A program made the translations under genes and the position numbers. The notes below the pieces were generated by a model, which worked only from the letters and a program-made list of their open reading frames with translations, searched no databases and had not been told where the DNA came from. DNA of 64,000 bases from Octopus bimaculoides (lineage: Eukaryota), in NCBI RefSeq assembly GCF_001194135.2, contig NC_068984.1, positions 127,104,335 to 127,168,334 on the forward strand. Direction: 5' to 3'. Below, piece by piece: positions 1-14,089 of the stretch (within the stretch, counting starts at the first letter, position 1; each line of letters begins with the position of its first letter).

Positions 1-129
1 AACATAACAATATTTTTTGTGATGAAATCCTATTGTTTTCAATTTTAGCAATAATATAATCTGTTTCATTAACGAACACAGATAATGAAGGCTGATGAGA
101 TTTGATTGAGTGGTCAGCTTTCTTCAGAC

Positions 130-487
130 TTCTCACAAATGTATGCACACACACACAGACACATACACACAGACACATACACACACACATATATATACAT
201 ACACAGACATGCACATACAAATATATGCTAATATATATATGTATGTGTGTGTTCATAAATCTATATATACCTGAGTATGAATATATATGCAGCTACATGC
301 ATATGCTCATGTATTAACACGTTTTTATGTATGTGTGTGCCTGTGTGTGTGTGTGGAAATTTCCAGTACACAGACACTTATCTTTGATCTAATGAGAGAA
401 ATTATTGCTTCCATGTGAAACAATCCAGATTATATATACACACATACACTTATACATATATACACACATGTATCCATACATTTATAG

Positions 488-556
<69 letters not shown>

Positions 557-700
557 TATATATATCATTTGTAAATATGTAGTCTAGATAAATTGATGTT
601 ATATGTACCAATATTTGTGACATTGAATGAGTCACCTTATATTTGCATGTATACACACACACATGTGCGCACACATACATATGCACATATACACATAACA
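130..700. repeat. (AC)n/(AT)n microsatellite-rich tract, representative of many similar tracts in the window (e.g. 5500-5920, 11680-12260, 15240-15470, 16130-16440, 17270-17650, 17950-18290)
   Basis: Directly visible dinucleotide runs. They generate the IYIY/HTHT/VCVC pseudo-ORFs in the ORF track. Confidence 0.97.
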
Positions 701-2194
701 CATAAAATCTCTGTTATAACTAGTCTTCGTAATAATTTTCTCTAGCAAGTGTTCATTCTCATGTTGGTAAAACGTTCGCATATTTATTATAGCCCTTCCA
801 ACCAAATATTTCAGCAATTTTCCCATAGTTTGGCACTGGTGATACACATTTGGGCATTGTGCTTAATCTTGTCTCCTGTAGCTTCTTAGTTCAAATCCAA
901 AAGTGGATTAATTTAACTCTGCCCTGTATCTTGAAATGGCCAATAAAACAGGTATATTAGTAATGTAGTGGTATTCAGTGGAGTCCTTTAGGCAGTCCAC
1001 TGCCCTTTTTGGCACTTTTCCAGCAACTCCAGGGTTGGTGGAGTTCTCTAGTCCTGTAAGGCAATTTGCCTGAGCAGCGGCTACACCAATGTAAAACCTA
1101 CAATATGCTGGTCACCACAGTTGTCTTAGTCTACTAAGCCATTATGGCCAGTCCTCCTCCAAGTCTAAGGAGTGAGATCAGATTGTTTGGACTGATTCTC
1201 ACTTTAAAGCTACTAAGTGCAAGCAGGAAGAAAACCCCTGCAACATGAAGGATCGGTTTAAATAACCACTTGAGAGCATGCCACTTTTTCTCCTGATCTT
1301 TGAACTTGAAGAAACTGCCATCACAAGGTATTGCAGTTGTTGTCAACACACATCATTCTGTTTTGTAATGAAGAGATAAGGTGGAAAAGAAAGCTAATGT
1401 TTAGTATTAATATAAGTCTACATATAGCATTGTGAAGGAAATCTATTTCCAACAGCAGCATCAGAAATATTTTCATAACTTTCCTGACATCCTTTGTATT
1501 TGTTTCAAAATATTTGCCAACCAAAGAATCTTGGCATTAATTGCAATATTTCCTCTTCTGTATTGTTTTGGCTATTGATGGTTCAGTTTAAAAGTTAGGG
1601 CCTTTTATGAATAATTGCTTCTTCTATTGGTTTGAAACATTGGAGCTAAGGTTATTCACAAGGGAATGTATATTCAGGTTTGCAGTGACCATTTACGTGT
1701 AGGAAGCAAATAATATACAGATTTGAAGTGGTTATTTACATGTATTGGCCATAAAATATAAAGGTAGATAATGACCATTTATACACAAACTTGATGTTAT
1801 ACTAATTAGTGTTGGGCTCTTTATAAATAAGGAATATGAAATATACAGACTGTTACTGATTCTTAATATACGTGAGACAGAGCATGTAAAAATTCACTTA
1901 TCAGATTTTACAACTTTATGACTATATTACCACAACATTTTTAAGTAATACCTCACTTGAAAGCCCCCTATCAAAGTACTAAGGTTTTGGGCCAGACACT
2001 GACTTAGTGATTTAAATGTCTGAAATCTGTAACAGTAAATACAATATTACTAACTAGCTACTTTGCTAATAACCAAAATGACCAATCAGCAGTCAACCAA
2101 TTTCTCTCAACATACAATAAACCACAAAGTTGATGTGTCCAATCGGTGGGGGTTTTTTTAATATTTAAAAGGGTTGTTTTTTTGAGAAATATAT

Positions 2195-2575
2195 TACACA
2201 ACAATGGAGAAGACAGAAGCCTTTGAGATGGGGAGCTTTCACAGATTGGGTAGAATAAGCTGGAAAGACAGGTTAACAAATGTTGCAGTACAAGAAAAGC
2301 TGCATGTCTAAATACACTCACTGTTGAGAATCAAGTTCACAAAGCTATCATATTTTAGATATATAATGTGCCACAAGTCACTACCAAAAACCATTCTGAC
2401 AGGAAGTATGGAAGGGAAGAGAGCAAGAGGCCATTAAAGATGTTTGTAGAGTGATGACATCAAAGAATGGACTGGAAACAAGAACCTGGCTTATTGTATA
2501 CATGCTGCATGACACAGAGGGAACCAGAGAGACTTAGTTAGCAAACTGACCTTTGGGCATAGGATGAGGACATGG
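2195..2575 (+). mobile_element. Degenerate RTE-clade LINE, C-terminal part of ORF2
   Basis: Manual translation gives EKTEAFEMGSFHRLGRISWKDRLTNVAVQEKL...KTILTGSMEGKRARG...DDIKEWTG with stops. This matches the RTE post-RT motifs (AFEMW..RRMLRISWKD, EGKR.RGR..KW.DDIKEW). Confidence 0.8.
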
Positions 2576-5556
2576 CTGATGATTACAGGAAAATCATAAA
2601 TGTTTTGTAATCCTGGAAGACAAAATGGCAAATCCATTACTTTGAAGAATAATAAAGATGATGAGCTGAAGAGCCATCCTATCTCACAGGCTCATTCGTT
2701 TGATGGCAATCTCTGTCATGACCAAACCGAATTGGAGGAGGAAGTTGAAGGCCTAGGTTTGGAAAGAAACCTACTGGTGATCAGCCCGTACTTCATCAAC
2801 TGGTGTCCCCCTGCTTGTCAGGTTTCATATCAATTTCACCAGGTTGCTACTGGAGAAAGTATCACTAAATTATTCCCCAGATAAACAATTTGCCAGCTTG
2901 GAACAAGAAGATTGCATCACCTTGTTTTTTTTACGCTCTCTCTGCAATCAAACTCTACTGGCTTCAGCTACAACTGAAAGTCAGCTGCATCCAAACCAAA
3001 TTTGATGTTATGTTCAGATATTTCACTGAACACCATAGATTATTTCAAAACAACTTCGATTTATTAAATATTAAATGTCTGAGACGAGTTGATAATAAAA
3101 TTACAATTTTTCAGACATTTAACCTCATCTTTAAAGTGTATTTTTATTATATTTACATCTATGCTATATTTTGATTGGTTTCTAAATATACATTGTGTAT
3201 ATATTGAACGAGATGTCTGATCTGAGATCAGATATCAAATAAATAGAAACATTGCACAAATATATCGTAAGTATATACTCTAAAGATGAAGGTTAATTGT
3301 CAGAAAATTTATGATAGCAATATCTTCAAATTTTTTCTCTTTAAATTACTTTTCCTGTAATTTTGAAAGGTATCTTAGTAATTAAGCAAAAAACTTACAT
3401 TTCATAATCTTTCTATAAATTACTCTTTTATCTATAACTTGTGTACCATTAGACTTAGAAAGTTTGACCCATTAATGTTCACATTATGCACAAGTCATAA
3501 CTACATAACATATAAAGAACTGGATATAGAGATAACCAAAATACAGGGGTTGAGATCCTCTGTAATAATAGGTGCCTTGTGAATGATTGAAAAAAATGCA
3601 GACAATTACATAGCACAAACACAATCCAGGATTTATAAATATATACACAACATGCAGTAAATAACCCTCAATGGCCTTGCATGCATAATATGTACAGTAC
3701 TTTCTAAAGAGCAGAATGTACAAAGCACAAATAAAACAATCTGCACATACCTGACGTACTTAGAACTAATAAAAATAAGATAACTGAAATAATAACGATG
3801 ATGATAATAGTAATAATAAAGTATTTTAACACAAGGGCAATGGTTAAAGATTGATTACAAGGACAAATTACAAGACAGTAGGGGGTTTTACCAAATTGAG
3901 TAGAAGAAAAATAGGTCTGAAAAACCACCATATATAAACAAAAAGGAAATGAAGAAAAATGTTCTCCTAGTAGAACAGCCATCTGGGAACCACTCAGAGA
4001 ACTCTACAGGTTTAGAATTGCTCCCACTGCCTAAGGTATCTACTCACTCTTAATTGTATTCTCTGGCCTACAGAGGTATGCTGAGAGTAGGCCTAATCAC
4101 TTGAATCACACTCATTCATCACTCTGACCAACTTACTGCAAATATACTGGAGGATGGAGCCTCCCTTGCAACCTTCACATTTCTCTTCAAATGGCACTAG
4201 AGATAAGCAGAAGAAGTGTCGGTCCTCATTCTTTTCAGTCACATCTGCTACTCTGCCTGTTTTGCCTAACTATACAGATGAAAACTGCCTGTCCTTCCCA
4301 GATATAGCAAAGTGGTAGTGCAATCTTCACTTGACTGATAGGCAGTCCTCTCCAACATGCAACAACATATTATACAGAGTATTTTCAAAACATATGAAGC
4401 TACAAAAAAAAATGCAATACATATCCAAGTCATTTAGAGCTGTGTTTGGTTGTACAGTGGAGGCATGCATTATAACCTGAACAATTGTGTGCAAAATGGT
4501 TTTGTTGTTCTATATACATCTCAGATAGATCTTTTGTGCTTATAAAATTTGTTTAAATCTAACTGTGCCCCCTGTAGTCCAGGACAAAAATGTCTGGAAG
4601 TTTTCAGTGTTCCTAGGCTGAAAGTTCTTTCAAAGTGACACCTTAGAATCACTCCAAGAATTAATTATTGTTGCTCATGCACAATGAAAATGCAAGGGTG
4701 GAAGACTGAGCACTTGACATTTCAAATGTTAAATGCCCAATCTTGGTCTTTGCTTCATAATAATAACAATGATAATAATAATAATATCAACAGTTTCTGA
4801 TTTTGGCACAACGCCAGCAATTTCAAGGTGATGAGTTAGTTGATACCCTCAACTCCACTACTTGACTTGTACTTTTGGTTTATTGACCTCAAGGGGATGA
4901 AAGGCAAAGTTGAACTTAGAATACAAAAAAAACCCAACTTACCTCATAGCATTATGTCTAATGTGTTAGCAATTCAGTCAGTTCATCATCAACTATTTTT
5001 GATAACAAAGAGAAAGTAGAAAAAACAATGTCGAATAAAGCAATAGATGGCATATTAAATTTGTTAAAATGTCTCTGTTTCTGAGAGAAAATATCTGTCA
5101 GTAAACACCAAAATTCTTACCATCTTTAGAATACTACATTTGAGACGGAGTTATTCATAGATGCTAAGTTCTCATCTTAAATCCATTCTAAGACTATTTC
5201 TAGAAATAGTTGTCAATCTGTAGTTGTCTGGTATCTGTTATTAACAGAGTTGCAAGTGATCCTGGCTGCAGGAATGGTTCTTACGGATATTCTTACCTTT
5301 CTGATGAAGTTGGTACGCTATTACAGAGCCATTGTCATTGTCATAATTGTCTTCGCCGTCATCGCCATCATCATCATCATCGTCATCATCATCATTACCG
5401 TCATCACTAGCAGCAGCAGCATATTTAGCATTACCATGGCAATATGTATAAACTGAGAATCTTTGCTGACAAACAACAATAGACACAATATCACAAACAT
5501 ACACATGCATTCACAAACATGCATACACACATGCATATATTATAAATATATATGTG

Positions 5557-5599
<43 letters not shown>

Positions 5600-5879
5600 A
5601 TATACATATATAAGCTTATATATATATATTTATATATATATAAAGAGTATGTGTATATACATATGTATATGCTGCATAGTCACCCCATTAAAAAAAATGA
5701 CAGAATTTATTTTTCTCTTCTTTCAATAAACAATGATCTTTCTGCATCAAGCCGTGCTCCATTTTACTTCTTTTGTCTTTTAGTTCCTCTTCTTTTAGTT
5801 ATTCTTATTCATTTAACAGTGAGCTTTAGCTCTGTTTTCTTATTGTGTTTCTTGGTGTTTTGCAGCACTTCTTCCTTGC

Positions 5880-5921
<42 letters not shown>

Positions 5922-6334
5922 TGCAATACTTTGTCTACAGCTTTATGTGACACTCTGTAATGTTCCTGTGCCTATATCCAATGCACTATATTGTGCCTGT
6001 TTCTATATGTGGCACTCTATACTGTACACATATCCCTATATAACATGCTGTACCTTATCTATAGCTATATGTGACACAATGTACTGAACCTACCTGCATA
6101 TGTGACACACTATGGTATGACAACATATGTGTATTTCACTTTTCTACTGTACTGGAGTACACCAACTCACAATCTGTTCCATTTAACATGATGCAGTTGC
6201 TTCCACTCCCATGTGGGCCTTTACAGCCATAGTAGATGCTGCACTGCCATCAGCAATTGACATAAAATTCTCCAGGTGCAGATTCATGGTCTTTTGAGAC
6301 TGACAGATGCTGCAAAGATAAGATACATACTGCA

Positions 6335-7080
6335 GTGGATTGGAAGAATCTGTAGTACATCGGACAAAATGCTTAGAAGTTTTCTTCTGGTTCTCTATGT
6401 TCTGAGTTCAATCCTGCCAAGATCAAATTTGCACCTTTTGAGGCTGATAAAATAAAGTACTAGTTGAGTGTGGGGCCAATGCTATCGACTAAACCCCATT
6501 CCTGCTAAAATTACTGGTCTTGTGCAAACTTTGTCACAAAAACATCTATCGCTGTTATTATAAGTTAAGGCAGCATGCTGGCAGAATCATTAGCTAAGTG
6601 GTATTTCATCCGTCTTCAGGTTCTAAGTTCAAATTCTGCCGGGATCAACTGTGTCTGTCATCCTTTCAGAGCCAATAAAATAAGTACCAGTTGAGCTTTG
6701 GGGTTGATGTAATCGACTTACCTGCCCCCTTGGAATTGCTGGCCTATTGCCAAAATTTGAAATCATCATTATCATTATTATTATTATTATAATTATTATT
6801 ATTATTATCATTATTATTATTATCATTATTATTATTATTATTATTACACTAATTATCATCATTAATATCATTATTGTTATTGTATAAGGCGACAAGCCTG
6901 CTGAATCATTAGCACACCAGACAAAATGCTTGGCAGCATTTCATCCGTCGTTATGTTCTGAGTTCAAATTCTGCTGAGGTTGACATTGTCTTTCATCCTT
7001 TCGGGGTCAATAAAACAAGTACCAGTTATCAATTTCCGCCCCCACCTCAAAATTCCTGGCCTTGTGCCAGAACAAGAAAG
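6335..7080 (+). mobile_element. Three head-to-tail copies of a tRNA-related SINE (family 2), with (ATT)n-type tails after the second and third copies
   Basis: Three repeats of the motifs cagaatcattagc...aaatgcttag...gttctgagttcaaattc(t/c)gc...gcctttcatcctttc...taagtaccag. Boundaries approximate. Confidence 0.8.
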
Positions 7081-7129
7081 AATTATTATCATTATATGCC
7101 TCTGTGTGTGTATGTATTTGTATATGTTT

Positions 7130-7163
<34 letters not shown>

Positions 7164-7357
7164 NNNNNNNNNNNNNNNNNNNNNNNNNNNNNNNNNNNNN
7201 NNNNNNNNNNNNNNNNNNNNNNNNNNNNNNNNNNNNNNNNNNNNNNNNNNNNNNNNNNNNNNNNNNNNNNNNNNNNNNNNNNNNNNNNNNNNNNNNNNNN
7301 NNNNNNNNNNNNNNNNNNNNNNNNNNNNNNNNNNNNNNNNNNNNNNNNNNNNNNNNN
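7164..7357. other. Assembly gap. Other N-runs: 10233-10242, 10898-11677, 12053-12062, 14090-14954, 17649-17945, 31978-31987, 37991-38080, 42356-42620, 57450-57518
   Basis: Runs of N, nearly all flanked by microsatellites or tandem repeats. Confidence 1.
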
Positions 7358-8847
7358 ATATATATATATATATATATATATACATACACACATGTGTATT
7401 TGTATTTATTTGCACACATATATACATAAATACAATGTAATATACATAAATACATATGTAATGGTAGACCCAACTTTAAGATATTATAGAGGTTGATGAT
7501 ATCCATAATAAATTGGTTGATAAAAAAAAACAGGTGAAAAATATTACTTGAAACAACTAGCACTGCTTAATTTCTTAACTGTTGTGTAAAAACTGCTCCA
7601 TTTCTTCTAGATTTTGATGTTCACTTTGCTTGTCATATAAATTAAGATATTAACAAATATACAACATCAGTAGTAAATAGCAGTTTAACTTTTGAATATT
7701 CACTGAAGTAACTTTATGGATGATCAATGCAATTCCTTCTAGGAGGCAAACCAGTTATTGTGTGGGTATTTATATTAACACACCCAAAGGGTTTAATAAG
7801 ACAACTGCATAAATGTGGGTGGAGAAGAGCTTTTTTTGTTTTTTTTAAGTCACTCTATACATTTGTCTACCACTTATGCTTATGTACTCATGTTCTATGT
7901 GTTTATGTGTGGGTATGTATGTGTGTGAATGTGCTTTTGTGTGTATGTGTATGCATGTATAGATTATAATTTTGTGTGTAATGTAACTTTGAATTGGTGG
8001 ACAAAATTTTCTCATATCTACAAGTTGGTTAAATTGTCTTCATTAATAATTATAATAAAACTGTAAAATTAGTTAATATTCATTTCTTTAAAAAAAAAAC
8101 AACAAAACATTATCGATCTTAGTTTGAATCGATGAAATGAAGTCTCTTGATATTGTATCAAACCATAATAGAATATTCCAGAAGCTATACTGGACAATGT
8201 GTGCAAATTCCTAAATTCACATATCCTTGAAATATATGACTTCAAAACAGCAAAAACATTGAAAATGTGATATCTGCAAGAAGAATTACTTGTGGTCATT
8301 AGAATTATTTTTCAAAAACAAGAACAATGCAAAAAAAAATAAAATAAAAATATAAATAACGAAAATAAAAAGACAAAGAAAAAGGCAAAAAATAAGTAAA
8401 ACAAGCAATGCAAATTTCATATTCTGTGAAACCTGATACAACATTGTGGTTGCTGTTGTCATTGTAAATGTTGTTGCTGTTGTTGTTGTGATGGAGTAAG
8501 ATATTTTTTCTTTGAAACTGAATTCCTATAGCAATATCTCTCATCAACCCGATGATGCTAAATGTTCTAAGAAGAACAACACCAAAATCAATTCCATAAT
8601 ACTGAATATAATCATACAGACAGACCACACTCACACATGCACACAACACACACTTGCATGGACTACACACACACACATGCACACTCTCCCTCTCTATAGC
8701 ATGTAATAATCTTGGCCTCATTTTTCATGACAATAATGACAGTAGTGTATTTAATAATTAAAACAGCCGTACTAAATGATTATAATGCTGTGAACAATTA
8801 AGTGGAAATATAAGAAATTATACTGACTTAACTATTGAATTTAAGAG

Positions 8848-9210
8848 GCAGTATGGTAAGATGTTTGCTTCCCAACCACATGATTCTGGGTTCAGTCCCA
8901 CTGCATGGTACCTTGGGTAAGTGTCTTCTACTATAGCCCCATCTGGCCAAAGCCTTGTGAGTGAATTTAGCAGACGGAAGCTGAAAGAAGCCTTTCTTAT
9001 GTGTGTATGTCTTTGTGTCTGCATTTGTCCACCACCACCCCCACTTGAAAACTGATATTGGTGTGTTTACGTCCCTGTGATTTAGCAGTACAGCAAAAGA
9101 GACTGATAAAATAAGTACCAAGCTTAAAAAAATATATACTGGAGTCAAGTCATTTGACTAAAATTCTTTCCCAGCTTGGCCAACATCTAATGACTGAGAC
9201 AAGTCCAAGA
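8848..9210 (+). mobile_element. Diverged copy of tRNA-derived SINE family 1
   Basis: ggtaagatgtttgcttcccaaccacatgattctgggttcagtcccactgc...ttgggtaagtgtcttctactatagcc, colinear with the full-length copy at 44984-45382. Confidence 0.85.
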
Positions 9211-9232
9211 TAAAAGACATATATGTATATAT

Positions 9233-9612
9233 AGCACCATTTGACCATGGCTGATGCCAGTGCCGCCTGACTGGCAGCCATGTCAGTGACACATAAAGAG
9301 CACCATTCGAGTGTGGCTGACGCCAGTGCCACCTGACTGGCACTCATGTCAGTGGCACATAAAAAGCACCATTCGAGCATGGCTGATGCCAGTACCATCT
9401 GACTGGCTCCTATGCTGGTGGCATGTAAAAACCACCCACTACACTCTTGGAGTGGTTGGCGTTAGGAAGGGCATCTAGCTGTAGAAACCTTGCCAAATCA
9501 GATTGGAGCCTGGTGCAGCCTCCCAGCTTGCCAGTTCTCAGTCAAACCGTCCAACCCATGGCAGCATGGAAAGCGGACGTTAAACGATGATGATGATGAT
9601 GATGATGATGAT
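9233..9612 (+). mobile_element. RTE LINE 3'UTR fragment with three 66-bp tandem units and a (GAT)n tail
   Basis: agcaccat units start at 9233, 9299 and 9365. They are followed by the ggttggcgttaggaagggcatc...aacccatg...gacgttaaacgatgatg tail that follows the RTE stop codon at 57.3-57.8 kb. Confidence 0.85.
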
Positions 9613-10365
9613 ATATATACATATCACTAGTAAAGGTAAAATAGTCAGGTAGATAAAGATATTGCATTTCCAGCTCATAGATAATGAATTCAAATCCACA
9701 ATATGTTGTCATTGTTAGGAATGGGTACCAGATCATCTAGAAATGTTACCTGTGTTAGGTAGACGCCTACCTAACCACTCAATTCATATTCTGATACCTT
9801 AACAAATACATAGTCGTAAAAAGTCCTTTGGGATATTTAAGTTGTAAGGAAACTTTTTTAAGTATAGATATTAGCAAATCCTGTTTACACATGTATACAG
9901 ATACATGAAATATATACCTGAGTATATATGCTGTGTATGTGAATGTTAACCTGTATTCTGCATGTGCAGGAATAATTGCACTTATATGAGTTTATACATA
10001 TACAAAGGCACACACATGCACACATATATATTTATATACTGTGTACCAGAACATAATACACATGTATGAATATGTATATATATGTAGTTGTTGGTTAAGA
10101 CTGGTTAGAAAGTGACTTGGTTTCACATCTATTATTGCTCTGATATATACAGGTTGCAGCAGAAAGATTGCCCAAATTTCAAATTATTAATCTTTGAAAT
10201 TGGGGCAACCTTGTATATATATATATATATATNNNNNNNNNNTATACACACACACATTGTCTGATGTCATAAGAATTTATAAAATTTCAAGAGATTGTGA
10301 AATAGTCTTTTATTGGAACCAGATCTCAAAGTACATATTAAGCTATAAATAATGCCCTGTGGTGT

Positions 10366-10660
10366 GGAGATGCATGGCTTAGTGGTTAGAGTGTTGAACT
10401 CACAATCGTAAGATTGTGGTTTCGATTCCTGGACTTGTCGATGCATTGTGTTCTCGAGCAAAACACTTCATTTCATGTTGCTCCAGTCCACTCAGCTGTA
10501 GAAATAAGTACCACTAGTGGAGGTGTGTTGCTTAGTGGTCAAGGTGTACCATTCACGACTGTAAGGTTGTGGTTCGATCCCTAGACCAGGCAATCCATTG
10601 TGTTCTTGAGCAAAACACTTCATTTCACATTGCTCCAGTCCACTCAGCTGACAAAAATGA
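10366..10660 (+). mobile_element. Two tandem copies of a tRNA-derived SINE (family 3)
   Basis: A-box-like tggcttagtgg and B-box-like gtttcgattcc / gttcgatccc. Both copies continue with cattgtgttct(c/t)gagcaaaacacttcatttca..ttgctccagtccactcagctg. Confidence 0.8.
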
Positions 10661-11677
10661 ATTTAGCCTGGAAAGTGATGGGCTCCACCAGGCTTTTTCA
10701 CCTAGATATGCTACACCACTGCAGCACTCCAGTGGCCCACAAGGGGTTAAGGGACTTGTCAAAATATTAGGTTGAAAAACACTTTGGGATAGAAAAATAT
10801 ATACATGCTGTTATTTGTAGCTTTATATGTGCTTCAAAATCTAGTTCCACAAAAGAAACCTATTTACATACATATATATACATACACGCAGATTGTANNN
10901 NNNNNNNNNNNNNNNNNNNNNNNNNNNNNNNNNNNNNNNNNNNNNNNNNNNNNNNNNNNNNNNNNNNNNNNNNNNNNNNNNNNNNNNNNNNNNNNNNNNN
11001 NNNNNNNNNNNNNNNNNNNNNNNNNNNNNNNNNNNNNNNNNNNNNNNNNNNNNNNNNNNNNNNNNNNNNNNNNNNNNNNNNNNNNNNNNNNNNNNNNNNN
11101 NNNNNNNNNNNNNNNNNNNNNNNNNNNNNNNNNNNNNNNNNNNNNNNNNNNNNNNNNNNNNNNNNNNNNNNNNNNNNNNNNNNNNNNNNNNNNNNNNNNN
11201 NNNNNNNNNNNNNNNNNNNNNNNNNNNNNNNNNNNNNNNNNNNNNNNNNNNNNNNNNNNNNNNNNNNNNNNNNNNNNNNNNNNNNNNNNNNNNNNNNNNN
11301 NNNNNNNNNNNNNNNNNNNNNNNNNNNNNNNNNNNNNNNNNNNNNNNNNNNNNNNNNNNNNNNNNNNNNNNNNNNNNNNNNNNNNNNNNNNNNNNNNNNN
11401 NNNNNNNNNNNNNNNNNNNNNNNNNNNNNNNNNNNNNNNNNNNNNNNNNNNNNNNNNNNNNNNNNNNNNNNNNNNNNNNNNNNNNNNNNNNNNNNNNNNN
11501 NNNNNNNNNNNNNNNNNNNNNNNNNNNNNNNNNNNNNNNNNNNNNNNNNNNNNNNNNNNNNNNNNNNNNNNNNNNNNNNNNNNNNNNNNNNNNNNNNNNN
11601 NNNNNNNNNNNNNNNNNNNNNNNNNNNNNNNNNNNNNNNNNNNNNNNNNNNNNNNNNNNNNNNNNNNNNNNNNNNNN

Positions 11678-11717
<40 letters not shown>

Positions 11718-11766
11718 ATCAATGCATATATGTATGTGTAAGTGTGTGCATGTGTATGTGTGTATG

Positions 11767-11804
<38 letters not shown>

Positions 11805-11979
11805 GGACATTAGATATTTAATGTCATCATCTTACATTTCATTCAATTGCAGTAGATGAATATACACACCCACACACATGCATATATATTTATATGTTTG
11901 CGTGTATGTCTGTATATGTATATATACATATTAAAAATTTAATTACATCATCTAACATTTCATTTATTTGCCCTAGAGC

Positions 11980-12022
<43 letters not shown>

Positions 12023-12137
12023 GTATGTATATATATATATATATATACATGCNNNNNNNNNNTATATATATATATACACATATGTGGATAGGTAAATGCA
12101 TATATATATATGTGTGGGTATATATACAGACATACAT

Positions 12138-12190
<53 letters not shown>

Positions 12191-14052
12191 CCTTTACTCA
12201 CAAATACACAATGTATGTGTGTGTGCAGGCACATTGGCCTGTGTGCATGTGCACATGTGTGTGTGTATAATATGCAAGATATATTTCAGAAATCTGGGTC
12301 TGTTTATATGAGTATTTCTGTATTGCTTGATAATCTGATAAACATGAAAGGTTGTAGTGGCGCCTTGTTGCACACAAATGGTACCAGTGAAATACTGTAT
12401 GATGAAAACAACACCTTACTCACCGCCAAAAAAATATATTAATGATAATTATAATAACAATAAAACCATTATCAAACGCTAAAGAAATAAATATAAAATT
12501 TTCCTTTTTTAAAAAATGTAAAATGCAAAACTAGTAAAAGCTAACAAATTAAGATCATTTATATTTCTATGAAAGGAAATAATTATCGTAACACTGGAAA
12601 TATTCAGATCATATTTATTTTTTGATGAAATAAAATTAGTAGAATTTCATTTTTTTTTTGTGTGTGTATGTGTATGTGTTTCTTCTTAGTAAACTCTCTT
12701 TAGATATATAGAGATAGATATCTTTATTCTCTTGTGAATCAAAAATCAAATTTATGAAAGACTGGAATTCATTTTTTTTTTTTTTCTGAAATCGTATTTT
12801 GTTGTTATATTTTTAATTATATATACATATATATATATATATTTATTTTTTGTTGTCTTTTTGGAGGTGCAGGTTTGGGGGAAGGGATGGGTAAATTATG
12901 GAGGTGTTTAGCCAAAAATAAACCTGGCCAGGATGGGAAAGGGTGAAGGCAGAATTGAATCATAGAAAGTAGAATTCAAAATGCCCCACACCTCCTTCTC
13001 TTTCTTGCTGCCTTGGCCTTGGCAGAACCTCAATTAAGATAGTAGATTGATAATTAATGATGATGTGTTAATGACAATAATAATAATAAAATCAGAGGAT
13101 TTTGTCACCAACTTCCGCCTTCCAAACCAAAGCAATAACTAAAGCATGTCATCTTTTCTTTGAGGACGGGTATGGGAGGGTACAATGTTTTTTTTTCTCT
13201 ATGTAAATAAAATATTTATTGTAATCACAGGAATTATCAGTAGTAGTAGTAGTAATAATGGTAGTAGTAGTAGTAGTAGTAGTTGTTGTGGCTGGTAGAA
13301 TCAATAGAGTGGTGGACAGGTGAACTGTGACTAAAATACCTTGTGGTATTTATTTATCTTTATATTCTGAGTTTAAAAAATTTCTTTTTGCCTTTTATCC
13401 CCTCCCACTGCATGGTGGTGATTAAATAGGTACCACTCATATAATGGGATTGATTCTATAGATTATACATCCCCTACAAATTTCAGGCCATGTGCCAATT
13501 TAAGAACTATAATGTTTATCAATATTATTATTATTATTATTACTAGTTGTAATAATAGCAGTAGTAACTCTTAATAATATTAGTAGTAACAGGAGTAATA
13601 ATATAAATCATAATGGCAGCAGCAATAGTATTCATAGTAGTAGTAGTGGTTATAGTAGCATAATGGCTGTGGTGGTGCTGGTGGTGATGGTCATGTTACC
13701 AGCAAACAGAACTAACATTTTTTTTAAAAAAAACGTCTTTTCTTTTTCTTTCTTTATAATCATGTTATGATAATCATAATTAAATGCTCATTTCTCTTTG
13801 TCTTTCTTTTCATTTCTCCTGCCCTCACCCCCTCTCTCTCTCTGTCTTTTTCTCTTTTCCTCTTTCTCTTTTCTTACTCTCTCTTTCTTGCTCCTGTTTT
13901 TTCTCTGTCTGTCTGTCTCTCTCTCTCGCTCTACTTATTTACATTCACTTCAGCAATATTTCAGAAAACATTTTACAGAGTATGTAGTTTAAATGCCAAT
14001 TGTAGTTAGTATAGAAAGTAGTATCAGTACATATATATATATATATACATAC

Positions 14053-14089
<37 letters not shown>

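Noticed and set aside
940-1349. Relatively GC-rich stretch with a 71-aa minus ORF (…IPCDGSFFKFKDQEKKWHALKW…)
   Set aside because: No convincing splice pair or recognisable domain. Probably an old repeat, but I cannot assign it.
2600-2960. 94-aa plus ORF; the minus strand has LVPSWQIVYLG, reminiscent of DIRS/LTR RT
   Set aside because: One short motif only and the other frames do not continue it, so there is too little support for a call.
8069-8721. Two minus ORFs with good acceptors (YYGIDFGVVLLRTFSIIG…; YHIFNVFAVLKSYISRIC…)
   Set aside because: No strong donors, and they run into simple repeats. They are possible exons but indistinguishable from chance here.
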